NCBI GenBank assembly: GCA_020891255.1
Contig: BQFW01000005.1
Location: 372,001 to 436,000, forward strand
From: Entomortierella parvispora E1425
Taxonomy: Eukaryota; Fungi; Mortierellomycota
Direction: 5' to 3'
DNA length: 64,000 nt
Below, one piece after another: positions 24,433 to 36,778 of this stretch. The notes under the pieces were generated by a model, which saw only the letters and a program-made list of their open reading frames with translations, made no database searches and had not been told where the DNA came from. How positions within the stretch are numbered: position 1 is the stretch's first letter; every line of letters starts with the position of its first letter. The translations under genes were made by a program, and so were the position numbers.

Positions 24433-27400
24433 CTACAGTTTAGAGTATCTCAACAAATCCGCTACTGGGTACGGTGCGCGACTCAACTCGAGTCCAGCCT
24501 TGAATCCGACAATGTCCTCGATGACCTTTGTACCATCCCTCAGGGAACCGGGGGCCAGGAACTCCTCCTCCTCTTGCTGCGTCAGGACTGTCGCTCCATC
24601 CTTGGCGTCCTTGACCTCCTTCTTGACAGGTGGGACCTTCTGGGACTGGATGTGGACAGAAAGCTTTTTAGCCTTGTGGGCGGAGGGCAAGATTGCGCTC
24701 TTGAAAAAGTCGCGGGTCATGGCCAAGCTAGTCTTTCGCATCTCCTCGACCTCATCCTGCAATTCGTCAAAGTCATAGTAACCCGACACGATCTGTCCCC
24801 AGTAGCGGTACGTCTCCTGTCTCAAGTTCTTGTCCTTCTCCAATTTCTTTTGAATCAACGAGTTGACCTGCTTTGCGTACTCTTCTTCTGTCATGTCGTC
24901 CAAGTACTTCTTCATCCTCAATTCCAAAAACTTTTCAATGCGGCTCTCCAAGTGAACAGGGTCGCGCTCTGACTGGAGAATGAATCGAAGGCCAACGGCG
25001 CCAGTCTGCTTACGCACTCCGCTAAAGACCAAATAGCCGAGCTGCTCCTTGGTACGGAGCTGATTGAAACAGGGCTCGTTAATAATCTGAGCCATGATCT
25101 GGATACGTGCCCGGCTCTGCTTGCTGGTGGCGTCCTCAATCTGCAGATAGTATTCCAATCCAGAGTTCACATTATCTGGGTCGGAGACATCCCGCTTGTA
25201 GACAGCCTTGCATTGCTCAGGCAACAAGTGCGAGCGTTGTGACAACAGCTCTGAGGGAACCAAAGCCTTGGGAGACAATCCCTCCTCGATAATTTCTCCT
25301 GCCTTGAGAGCCTCTGCCGCCGCCATGTTACCATGGACCAATCCTTCGATGTGGAGTCTAGCCAAAAGAGAGGGGTAGAACGCCGCAATATCCTCTGGGG
25401 TGATGTCGTGCAATTCCGCCAACTTTTCCTCCTGAGTCCAGAGCTTTTCCTGGGTCAAATATGACATGTAATACATGGCATGCTGATGAGGTGCCTCCAA
25501 CTTGAAGTTTTTGTACATCCTATCCATTTGATCCTGAATCAAACGGAATCGATCTGGGTTGATCTCGAGGTTTCGCATGCGCTCAACGACCTTTTGGAGG
25601 AGGACAGTAGCCTTATCGTTGTAACCCTCGACACTGAGAATCATCCCCTCGACAGTGGTCTCCAATCCATATGACAAACCGGCCAAATCTGCATCGTACG
25701 AGTATTCGTTAAGAGCGTCCTTGAGCAAATTGACGTAAAGTTGAGTCTTGACGTTGTTGCTGGGGGATGAGTAAGACAGAGGAGACTTGAGCTGGAAGTA
25801 CATGTTGACTTTGGGTACCCAAAAGACATCGTCCTTCTTGTGCCAGATCCGTGTCAAAGGAGTGTGCTTCAAAAGGACAGGCGTTTGCTGAGGAGTGGTT
25901 GTTGGCACCTTGTTGGTCTCAAAGTTCTCTGGAATAAAGTCGTTGGGGATGGGCAAGAACAGATCGGGGTTGGGCTCGAGATTGTGGAGGCGCTATGGTA
26001 TTCGAAAGAGTAGAGCACAAGTTAAAAGCCCGTCACTATAGCCGTGACAAGAGCAGAGTAGCATGTTCTATCAACCAAGTCCTTACCTCCAACAGGGCGG
26101 GCGAGACGTTCTCGACGTGGTACTCAGTGCCGTACCATTTCTCCGTCTTTTCGAAAGCGCCACCAGGAACAACAGAAAGATCCTGAGCAACCAGATGACT
26201 CTTCCAAGCGTCGACTTTCAAGGCATCGATACAGGCCATAATCATGTTAGGGTCTGATCCACGAATCAGGTACGATCCAGACAAGGTCCACTCAGGAGCG
26301 TAGCCTCGCTGCATCACACCCGCCAAGCGAGAGACGTATCCTGATGCAGGCGATTTCTCCTTGAATCTAAACGAGGTCGTAGCCAAGGATGCGATCTACA
26401 AACGAAACCAAACTTGGGTCAGTTCCTGTGCCAGGTCATCTTTGCGGTGATCTAATTTGAGAATCGACGTTTACCTCGTCCCAGATGTAAGGTCGGACAC
26501 CCTCACGGCGGAGCATCTGGATATACTGGAAAATGATAGCAGTGACATCCTCGTAATGAGCAAGACCCTCCTTTGTGAGATCGACAGTAATCTTGAAGAA
26601 CTCGAATCCAATGCCTCCATGCGAAGTTCCGGCAGATAAGTTGTTTGCCCAGCCCTTCTTTTTCAGCAAAGAAAGGATTGATCCGCCACCTTCATGTCCA
26701 ATGGCATGGGTGATGTATCGAGCAGGATGAATGGTGTAGTTGGGGTACTGATCTGGGAAAGGAAACTTGATTTCCAATGAACGAATATCCTTGACGGGCT
26801 TGACATAGGTTGTTTTCTAGAGGTAAAAGTAACATGAATATTGTCAATACGAACATGGTCTTAACAAGGGAGGCGTTCGTTTGACTAAAGACGGTGTCCA
26901 TACCAAAAGATCGCCCGTAGTCCATGGGGGGTTCGTGTTTGCTGGAGGCTTGATAGCGAGATTCTTGACATCCGAAAACTTCTCAATCGCCCATGCAGCA
27001 AGTTGATCCAAAGGCTCTATTAAATTTCGCCGAAGAAACGGTGTAAATTTCCGACATTCGAAGGCTTTGCTGCTCTTCTCCCTCTAAATCCGCAACTCTT
27101 ACCTCGACCCAGAATAACGAGCTTCATGATGTTGGCAGAGTAGTACTTTGCATGGAACTTGATCAGCTCGTCTCTGACATCCAATCCTTCCCGACCGGGC
27201 GCATCCTGCAGTGTTTCCAAGTTTCCTGTTCCGAAATTGCTGTAAGGGTGCTCAGGGTTGGAGAGATTTTTCTCCAACTGGAACAATCTCCAGCTATCGC
27301 TCTGCAAGTTCTTCTTGTGTTCCGAATCGACCGCGCGCAGCTCACGGTCCTTGCAGTTTTCGCTAAAAGCAGGCGAAATAAAAAACTGGGCAAAACGATC

Positions 27401-27948
27401 CAAAGCTCCTTCAAGATGGTTGTGGCCCACCTCAAAGTAATAGTTGGTGTTGTCCAATCCTGTAAACGCGTTGGAACTTCCGGAGTGCTGGGCCAAGAAC
27501 TCGCTATACTCGTTCTCGCGTGGATATTTGGCAGTACCCATGAAAAGCAGGTGCTCCAAAAAGTGAGCCAATCCCTGCAGATTTTTCTATTCATCCGAGA
27601 TAGAGATGCAAATGACCATGTTAGCTTCAAGTCTGTGCACGACGTGCTCCGTTTGTGTACTCTGTTCCTGCATCCGTAGTACACACAACGCAGAGTAAGA
27701 GCATTGATGCATATGCGAGTTTAGCTTACAGGGTCGCTCAGATGTCCGACATGAACATCCAGCGCAGCAGCCGACTTGTCGACGTTAGGATCTTGGACAA
27801 GGAGGACCTCCAAATCGTTATGAAGACGGATCAAACGGTAGAGACGGTCATCGTTGAGGGACTGCTCAATTGGCTTTGTAAAGTCAGCATGAGTCTTTTT
27901 CTCGTTCCAGGCATAGCCCTCTGGAAGGGTGATCGTAGTGGCGGACAT
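24433..27948 (-). CDS. Insulysin / insulin-degrading enzyme family M16A zinc peptidase (Ste23-like), multi-exon, C-terminal PTS1 (SKL)
   Basis: Inverted zinc motif [50 protein letters not shown]. Ends RYSKL*. The start Met ([11 protein letters not shown]) is uncertain and an upstream exon near 28150 is possible. Confidence 0.92.
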
Positions 27949-28536
27949 GGAGGAGACTGCGCGAGATAAGCTCAGTCGAGTTGTGTGTTGGAACGCGGGT
28001 AAATATTCAGCTAGGGTGGCCAAGCTATGGACAGGGACCGAGAGTAAAGTGAGAGGTCCGAAGGGAATGCGGCAGGTTAGATGTCGTTCCGGAAGAATGG
28101 CATAGCAGGGACGATGGCGGTCATGCGAGGAAAGCCCGATGTTTACCTTGAGCCAAAATGAATGGTACGGGACTGGAATCTAGCAGCAGAAGCGCGGGCA
28201 AGAGGAGAGACGAATGAAGAGCGGAGGTGAGGGGCTGAAGAAGAAATGGAGATAAGGGAGCGATGCAACAGGAAGAAGTGTTTGCATGCAGCCGATGGAG
28301 ACATGGACAAGGTTGAAAGAAAGACTGCAGAATGGAAGGGAACAAAAAAAAAGAGAGGAAAAAAAAAGAACCCAAAAAGGGATTGCGTGCGCTGCAACAC
28401 GCGACAACGTGACGTGTGTACTAGCTGCAGTACATGCAGCGTGCAGGGAGACAAAGCTGTGTGTGATGTTGCCAGCTTTTTTGTTTTATTACTTGTATAG
28501 GGTGGATGGGTAACGGGGCGTCGCTCTGGATTCGAG

Positions 28537-29451
28537 CTACACCTGGAACGACACTGACCGCTTGCCAGAGCTAGCCTTGGCCTTGGCCTCCTGCTCGGCA
28601 GCGCGGTGCTTGGATTCCTTACGCTTCTCAGTCTTCTTCTTCTTGATCTCCTCAATCTTCTTCTCGATCACGGCCTTCTTGGCCTGCTCGCGCTCTGCCA
28701 CCTTCTTTTCTTTGTCGCTGACCTTGGCCTTGATCTTGCCCTATATGAACACAACGACCACAATAGCCAACAGAACCGGTTAGGATACGGATATGCAAAG
28801 ATCAAATTGTCGTCCATGATCACGACGTGTTCTTGTACAAAGGGACACATCGACACAATTTGCAACTTGCCATATTAGCCTTCTTAATCTCGGCGCGCGC
28901 CTCCTCCTTTCCTGCGATTTGGTCAATGATGCTCAACATTGCGTTCTATCAATTGAAAGAATGGTGAGAATGAGAGTCAATAATCTCGATCCGCAAGAAA
29001 GACAAGCCCATTGATGTCTGGCGATCTTATCGAATAAACCTACAGTGTCCGCAAAGACCTTTCCCTTCTTCCCGCTTGGCTTCTTGATCTTCGGCTTATA
29101 TCCTTTCTTGCCCTTGCCCATCATCTCTGGCTCTGACTCGTCCTCCGAGTCCTCGTCATCTGACTGCTGAGCATATTGTTGGCCCTTGGGTTGTGAATCC
29201 TGTGTTTCCTCCTCATCATCTTCTAATTCCTCCTCATCTTCCTCCACTTCCTCCTCTTCCTCGTCGTCGTCAGAGTCCTGGGATTTAGGGGCACGAACAG
29301 GCTTTGGTGGACGAGCAGCTTTCCGTTGTGCTTTCTTGGAGGGGGTCACTGCTTCCTGTGCTGCTCTTGCCTCTGCCATTTTGACCTTCTTGGCCTTCCT
29401 CCGGGTTGATACAGGTTGTCCTGTCTGGAATTTGCGCTTCTCTACGGCCAT
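28537..29451 (-). CDS. Small acidic/basic nucleolar-type protein resembling 60S assembly factor Loc1; 3 exons
   Basis: K-rich N-terminus and D/E tract, then KKGKVFADT|AMLSIIDQIAGKEEARAEIKK and a K/E coiled coil ending SVSFQV*. The pattern is reminiscent of Loc1; assigned from memory, not from a search. Confidence 0.55.
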
Positions 29452-30903
29452 GTTGATGGTACGATGTCTTCTCGGATGGTTGATGCAGAATGGCTGAAAT
29501 GAGCTGCCTTACCTTCTTTTTTTTTTCTTGTGTGTCCAAGGTAAACAGACTTTGGAGGCGAAGGCTGAAAAAGCAGTCCAAAATTTTTGAGGGTGTGGTT
29601 CTCTTTGCTGCATCAAACGCCCATCAAAAGTTCATTTAAGCAGACATTAACAGACACAACAGCCATGGTAAAGGACAGCAAGCAAAGGAACTGCAGCCAA
29701 ACACGGAGCATGGATGGACAAAGCGAAACCTATCGCCATTAGACTCGACGTGTTTCTGGAAAGGAGAGTTTGCCTTTTGCTAGATGAAACCATTGCTGAC
29801 TGAAAGAAAAAAAACGTGGCAACGTTCCTATGGGTCCTTACGCAAATAGAGTCACACCATCCTTTTGGTCCAAAAGACACAGTCGCCTGCCAGCAAAACA
29901 TACATCGAATGCAACTCTGTTGCTTTAGCCATGGACGGTAAGAGGCGCCGTTATTGACTGAAGACTGTTGTTCCACCTCTTCTTTGGCGGGTGACTAAAC
30001 TGTCTATCCTTCTGCATTATGATGTCCATTTAGAGGTTATTTCGATGTATGAGGAATACTTAAAGGTACCAAAAATGACAGCTTGTTCAGGATCGGACGG
30101 GATCATTAAAGGAAATGCCTGGGAGGATGCATGCTGAACTTTCTTTTTTACGCTGAAAAAAACGTGTCCATAGAAAAAGTTTCCACAGAAGGAGCGGATC
30201 GAGTTTGACGTGAACGAGGTCCTAGATATGGTCTTTCACTTGCCAGATTGTGCCGCCCTAGTGTAAGATATCCATTTGGAATTTGCGAGAAGAAAGAGAG
30301 AAGGAGCCACGGAATGGAATTTGGTGGAAGTATACTTGGACGACTAAAAGACCGCCAACGTTTTTTTCTTCTATGACTGATAGACTTGATCAAAAGTCAG
30401 GGTCTTATGTCCCACACGACAAGTCATGGATCCAAAAACAAGTCGTGGTGCGAGCACAGAGTAGGGCGCGGTAGAGGAGATTTTGAAAGACAATCCCTCC
30501 TCTCTATCATTATTTTCTGTCCACGTCGGAAAAGAATGTTGTGGAACACGACTCTCTGCTCTGTCAATATATCCAGTGGAAAACTCGCCCAATGGCCAAG
30601 GGACAGCAACAAAATCGCCACATAATAAACAACCTTTCAGCAAGTCTGCACTGGCCCCATCATTCTGTATGGCAAGAAAGGGGTGAGTGAATGGCGACAC
30701 TGCGAGTTTGTCACCCCTTATTTTCCCTATTGCTGTAAGAATAAAAAGACATATAAAAGTCGCCTCCTTTGTCTCCTCTTTTTTTCTCTTCTCCCATCCC
30801 AACCCTTCACACACGATCAGCGGAACCAGCACCCAGCGCACAGCACCTAGCACTAACAGTAGCCAGACCAAAGTCTTATCCGACAGAACTTATACACACA
30901 GTC

Positions 30904-31560
30904 ATGACTCGAGCATCAAAGTCGTACCGTTCCGGCACTCCAAAGGAGCCCAAGGAGACCAGGGTAATAACTGGCGAAAAAAACGACTCGCGGTTAATAT
31001 TCTTGACATGACCCTCAAACGACTCATCACATCTTCGCACGATACCTTCCCTAAACAAAAAACCAGATCGAGAAGCAAAAGCGTTTGGCAAACTACAAAG
31101 TCGCAAAGGATCAAGCCAAGAAGGTAATGGGATAGATCATCAACACCAAGACATTCCTCAAGCCCCTTCTCAACTTTTGAACTCCTTCTCAACTGAGAAA
31201 ATTGGCCACACTGGTCTTCTTGACCACCACTTGCTGCCCACAGTTTGATATTATTGTTCTGACAGCCAACATTGTGCACTGTGCCCATCTCTCTTTTTAA
31301 ACTAGTTTGTGATTCCAGGCATCATCGCCGTATTGGTTTGTGTCTTCCTCCTATTTGGAACCATGTACGGATTCCGAGGCACAAAGACGGGATCTCGACG
31401 CCAGCGAGTCAGCGACCTCATGTACAAGAATGCGGCTGATATGCAACTGCAGAAGCAAGACCCCAACTCGCGTCCGATGAGCGACATCTTTAGGGACTTG
31501 GACGACGACGACTTGGCCGTGGAAAAAGCAACAGAGAAAATCACCGTCGACGAGATCTGA
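30904..31560 (+). CDS. Small single-pass membrane protein, SMCO4/DUF4519-like; exons 30904-30963, 31067-31123, 31306-31560
   Basis: Two phase-0 GT-AG introns give MTRASKSYRSGTPKEPKETRIEKQKRLANYKVAKDQAKKFVIPGIIAVLVCVFLLFG...: a basic coiled coil followed by one TM helix, as in SMCO4. Confidence 0.65.
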
Positions 31561-31818
31561 ACAAGAAAACATTGGTCCAGTTCAACAGAGTCGCCACAGC
31601 TACCGCTCAGTTCACTCTCTTTGCACAACACACAAATACGCTCTCGACTCTCTCTCAGACACCTGCACATAGCGATCATAGGATGGGATATATAAAAAGG
31701 GTCTATTTTGATACTATACAGCCTCGACAAGAGGGGATATTCTAAAAGCTACACAATGGCAGTTCTATCTTTTTTGGGGAGGTGGGGTTACATTTGCTGA
31801 CAATCTGTCTTGCAAGAT

Positions 31819-34338
31819 TTACTCGTCATCCTCATCATCGTCCTCGAGAGGCTCGTCATCCTCGACGTTGCGGGTCAAGAGGGACTGGATCAAGGGGAGG
31901 TAAGGGTGCTCACCGCCGACGGGGTTCTGACGCTTGACCTGGTCAAAGTACTTCTCATACACGTTACCGTCATAAACACCCAAGGGCGAGTTGATCATGT
32001 AATCAGAGTAGTTGAAGGCATCGATCAAAGGAATGTACTCTTGACGGACCTCGCGGCAGAAGACGTTGACCTGAGCGCGAACAAAGTCCATCTGCGAAGG
32101 AGTGAAGTAACGGTACTGCAAGAAGAATCCAGCGTTCTGCTCGATCGAGTAGAGACCGTACAAGAAGCAGACCTTGGTCAAGATGGCCTTCAATCCCTCG
32201 GGGGCGCTCTGGACGGCCTGAGCGAAACGACGGAAGACGTAACCGAAAGAGTGGATCTTGGCAGCGGCCAAACGAGCCTGAGAGCACTCCTCGTAAGCAC
32301 CCTCGGGGTTCATGCCCTGCTTCAAGCAGCTCTCGAAATCATCTCCGGCCTTCTTGACAACGTTGGCGGTGACGACGCCCCAAGCCTGCTGAATAATGTT
32401 GAAGTCCAAAATGTCCTCGTTCTTCTTGACAGCGCATCCCTGGGTCAAGAGGGTATCCAAGTGGTTGAGGTAGTCAACTCCCTCAGGCTGGGTCTTGCCA
32501 GCAAGAGCCTCGCGGTAACAGCTGACGAGGTAACGTCCAGACTGGAGGGTCAAGATAGTGTTGTCTCCCTCCCAGGTGCAGTGAACAGCAAAGTCGTTGT
32601 AGGTGGTGGCGAGACCAGTGTAGGCAGAGTAACCGTGACCTCCCAAAGTCTGACGGCAGGCCTCGATGGCGTTCAAGGTCGACCAGGTGCAGAAGGCCTT
32701 GAGACCGGCAGAGGTGGCGTGGGTCTCCTTGAGGGTATCGAGAACCTCCTGCATCGAAGCATCACCAGGCTGAGTCGACTCAAGCTTGTCCATGAGGGAA
32801 TCGTACAACTTCTGAGTCTCGACTCCGGTAAAGTGGAAGGCGTAGGCCTGGGCGAGAAGAGGCATCAGGCGGTACTGGTGGATGGCGTAGTCGATCAACT
32901 TTGTCTCCTGAACATCATGAGGGCTGGAAGCGAACTGGCGACGGACAGCGGCGTAACGACCGGCAATGGTGACGGCCTTCTTGGCAATGTTACCAGAGTC
33001 AACAACCATGGCGACACGTCCCTGGATCAAGGCACCATAGGTCAACTGGGCCATGGGGGGCTCCTTGACATCACCGGCACGCGAGACCTTGGTGTGCTTC
33101 ATCAACATGTTGGTACGGGGGATACGGACGTTGGTAAACTGGATCCAGCCGTTATCAATACCGTCACGCCCCATCTTCTTTCCGATATCACCAATGTTGA
33201 TACCGGGCATGAGAGTGTAGGTCTTGGGGTCACGAAGCTGAACAACGAAGGACTTTGTTCCGTAACGCTTGCCGCGAACAATGAGCTGGGCAAAGACGAC
33301 GGTGTGGGTGGCGGTATGGGCAGCACCTCCGATCCACCACTTGGTGGCGGTGACGGTAGGGGTATGGATAATGAACTGATCCGAGGACTCGTCAAAGGTG
33401 GCGGTGGTCTCGAGTCCAGCAACGTTGGATCCGTGTCCGAGCTCAGTCATGGCAAAGCATCCGACCATGCCGTTCAGGGCCAAAGCACCCTTGGAGACCC
33501 AGTGGGAGAACTGGGCAGAGGTGGCGGATCCTCGGAGAGCGCCAAAGAAGAGACCATAGTGGACACCGAAACGGGTCCAGAAACCAGGGTCGATCAACGA
33601 GATCGTCTGCATGCGCATGGTGAAGATGTGGACAGGCTCGGCAGAGACATAGTGGACGATGGTGCGGAACTAAAATACAAAGGATTCAGGGATTCAGGGT
33701 CAGGGTCAGGGTCAGGATCAGGATGGTACCAGGAGAACGATGATATCTGCGCTCAATTGGAAATATGACAATTTGGGCGTGACCTAATTTGCGTTTCTTT
33801 CAAGATGACACATACCTTCTCCATGGTGCGCTCACGAATTTGGTCCTTGGTGACATCGTACATATCGTACATGCGGAAGGTGGGGTCGCGCTCCAACTCC
33901 ATCATGAACTTCTCTCTGATCTACAGTTACAAAGAGGAAAATGAAGAAGAATGAGTGCCCTGTTTGGTTCCGAAAAGTTTTGCTCTTTCATTCCGTAGTC
34001 AGCAAAGTCGCTTTTTTTTTACCTGGGTGAACTTCTCACCGCCATCCAAGAAGTAGGTCAACTCTCTGACATCGAAGGTAGCCTTCTCGCGCTCCTCAGC
34101 CATGGACTCGATGGGACTATCATATTCAGTGTGAGAAGAAAACCGTCAGACTCAGTTTGAGCACATGGGCACACAGGCGCTTTTGTTGTGATCACAGTCT
34201 TTCAGCCATGAAACACAAGCAGGTACACGCAAGAGTAACTTACGTCTTCTTTCTAGGCTCCTCCTTGTTGGCGCAAGCAGCGACCTGCAAGTGGTTCTGG
34301 ACAAAAGCCAGGCGTTGTGAAGCAGCAGACTCAGACAT
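31819..34338 (-). CDS. Peroxisomal acyl-CoA oxidase (copy 1) with N-terminal PTS2
   Basis: [71 protein letters not shown] and TWEGDNTIL. Strong high-expression codon bias. Confidence 0.95.
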
Positions 34339-36778
34339 TGTAGTTGTGAATGTGTTTTTTGTTTTCGTTCGTGATGAGAAATGGGTCGAGTGAAGAGGCA
34401 CACGGAATGAGGGAAATGAGAGGAGGAGGGTGAGCGAGTGAGCAGAGGTGGAGAAGAACCAAAGTAAAAAATAAAAGGTGGAGAAGTGAGGAGTGAAGAG
34501 TAGGAGAAGAAACGGAGAAATAAAAAAAAAGACGAAGGTGCGGAGAAAGACCCTTTTATATGCCTCTCCACTCTCTCCATCCGGAAGAGCAAAAACGAAA
34601 ATTGTCTTCAGCGCGTGTCTGTGGGATGGGATGATCACATCGGGCGGGAAGGCCTTTCCTTCCTTTCCTCTTTTCCTTGCGGCCTCGCTTTCCTCGATCT
34701 GATCTGTACGACAGACAGCCAGACACCCTAGCCGGAGACCGTTAGAGTTGCTATTTGTTCACTTCAACAAGCATGAAGGACCGTTTTCTCACATTGCTCT
34801 CAGTCGTCTGGCGGCACATTCGCACGTGAAAGTGGATACCCTGGATTTTTTTTTTTTTTTTTTTTTTCATTTTTTGCCATGTGCACATGACTTCCTTCAC
34901 AGCGCCCTGTGCAATAATATCATCGACAAGCCCGAGCCCGACTGCCCGTACCTCTCCTGATCAGCACGCTGCCTTTGCTGCCTGCCAGGTCCCTCTGACA
35001 ACTTTCTTGCTCTCGGCTTCCACCTGCCCTCGTTACTCGCCCTCCTCTTCTTCTCTACCCGAACGAAACCTTGGCCCTTTCGTTGCTGCACCATGACAAA
35101 TGAGAAACAGAGTCCTGGCGTCTTTTAGTTCACTCTTTATTTTTTCCGCTCTGTTCGGTCCTCGTTTCTTGTTCTCTCGATCAGAACTGGCGACCCATTG
35201 AGCCAGGACTGCTATTTGTTCTGTTTTCCAACCGGGGAAGTGAGCACCCTCGATCTGTCTGCTAGCCTTGCCACGCGGGAAAAAAAAAAGTTCTTTGAAT
35301 GGCGAACACATCCTTTAAAGCCAAGTCGGTTCGACCCAAGCGGTGTCCTATTCCCTTCTTCGGATCCAAACAATTAAACGGCGCCTTGGAACGCGAGGGT
35401 GGCGACTACTCCGACCCAATCGTCAAGAAAGAGACTAACCCTTTCGTTCTTCATTCTGAAGGGTCCAATGATCCAAAAATATGGTCAATTGCACTCTCTT
35501 TGAATTTGTTTGTGACAACTTTCGTTCACTGACGTATTGACATGCTGCTGCACAGCATGTTTGTTTGTTCGACTTGCGTTCAAATTCCTATGGGCATTTC
35601 GATGACGCTGATTGGCCAATGGCTCACATCTTGGCTTGGTGGCAAAATGCCCTTCTGCGACTGTTCTGCGGTCCGTTTGCACGGCCCGAGAGACAACAAT
35701 TTCTCTCAAACAGACGAACGTGCACTCTTTCCTTCACGGGCAAACAAGCGACAACTTGGTTGCATTCTTGACCCTGTCGATGCTTCCATTCCTGGTGTGC
35801 AGGGACAACGATCCGGCCCCAAAGACAAATAGCGAGGGAAGCAAGGGGTAACGAAGATTGTTCAGAAGCAGTAAAATAACAAGGGAGTAAAACGATCGTT
35901 TGAGGACTCGAGGGGAAGGGGGGGGGCTCGGGGGGGGGGGGGGTTGCTGTTTACGCACGTAGGAGATCGAGGACACAAACCCGAAGTAGAGGAAGGAAAA
36001 AAACGCAGTGGCCGAGACTGGACCCTTTGGCAACGCAAGGGCCAGCTGGAGCAAACATTATCAATTGAAACGAGTCTGCACAACAACAGAAGTAAACTGA
36101 TCCGGAGTATTGTGAGTAAAAAGCACGAGCATGTCAAGGCAGAAGGAGAGAGAGTGTCAAAGAGGGAAAGAGGAAGACCGAGCAAAGAAGAAAAGAAGGG
36201 CGGTTCTTGGCAGCGTGTCACTAGCGACAGCAGACAGACTTGTTGGGAGTCTTGGCTCCGTCCCCCAGCATTTGCATGGCCCCAGAGGCTGGCCAGTGAT
36301 TCAGACTGCGCACGCTCTGTGCACTTGGCAAAAAAGAAGAGGAAAAGTTTCCTCATCGTTTCCCTGTCCGCTTCCGTCTTTGTCTTTGTCTCCCCCTCCC
36401 CTTTCTTTTTCTTCCCTCTTTCTTCCCGTCTTTCTCTATCTCTTCTTCCCTTTGTCATTCTTCCCCTTCGACTTCGTTCACATCTACATTTACGTTGACA
36501 TCAACAACTCCATTCCCTTTATCCACCTCTCCCTCCCCTCCTTCGCTCGCACCCAACCTCTAATGTAAGTCGCAAGTCGATTGGCTGGCTGCGTAACTGC
36601 CTTGATGTCTCACATGGAACTCACCCATCTTGCTTTGTCATTATGTCCTTTGTAGACCTGCTCCAACTCCAAATCAACTGAACAGCACTGACTGGACTCG
36701 TTCTGCACCCACTACACTCTAAACCCACCCTTTCCCTCAAGCCATCGACAGTCGAACTCCTCAGTCCGCTTTCTCAAT

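Noticed and set aside
33680-33725. Short tandem repeats (TCAGGG/GGATCA here, GGGACAG at about 7340-7380) as telomere-like or CRISPR-like arrays
   Set aside because: These are simple intronic or intergenic microsatellites with few copies and no spacers.
31810-33768. 652-aa ORF on the + strand (and the similar 638-aa ORF at 48301-50217 and 492-aa ORF at 41716-43194)
   Set aside because: These are antisense shadows of strongly codon-biased genes (acyl-CoA oxidase, BiP, SCOT) and have no recognisable domain.
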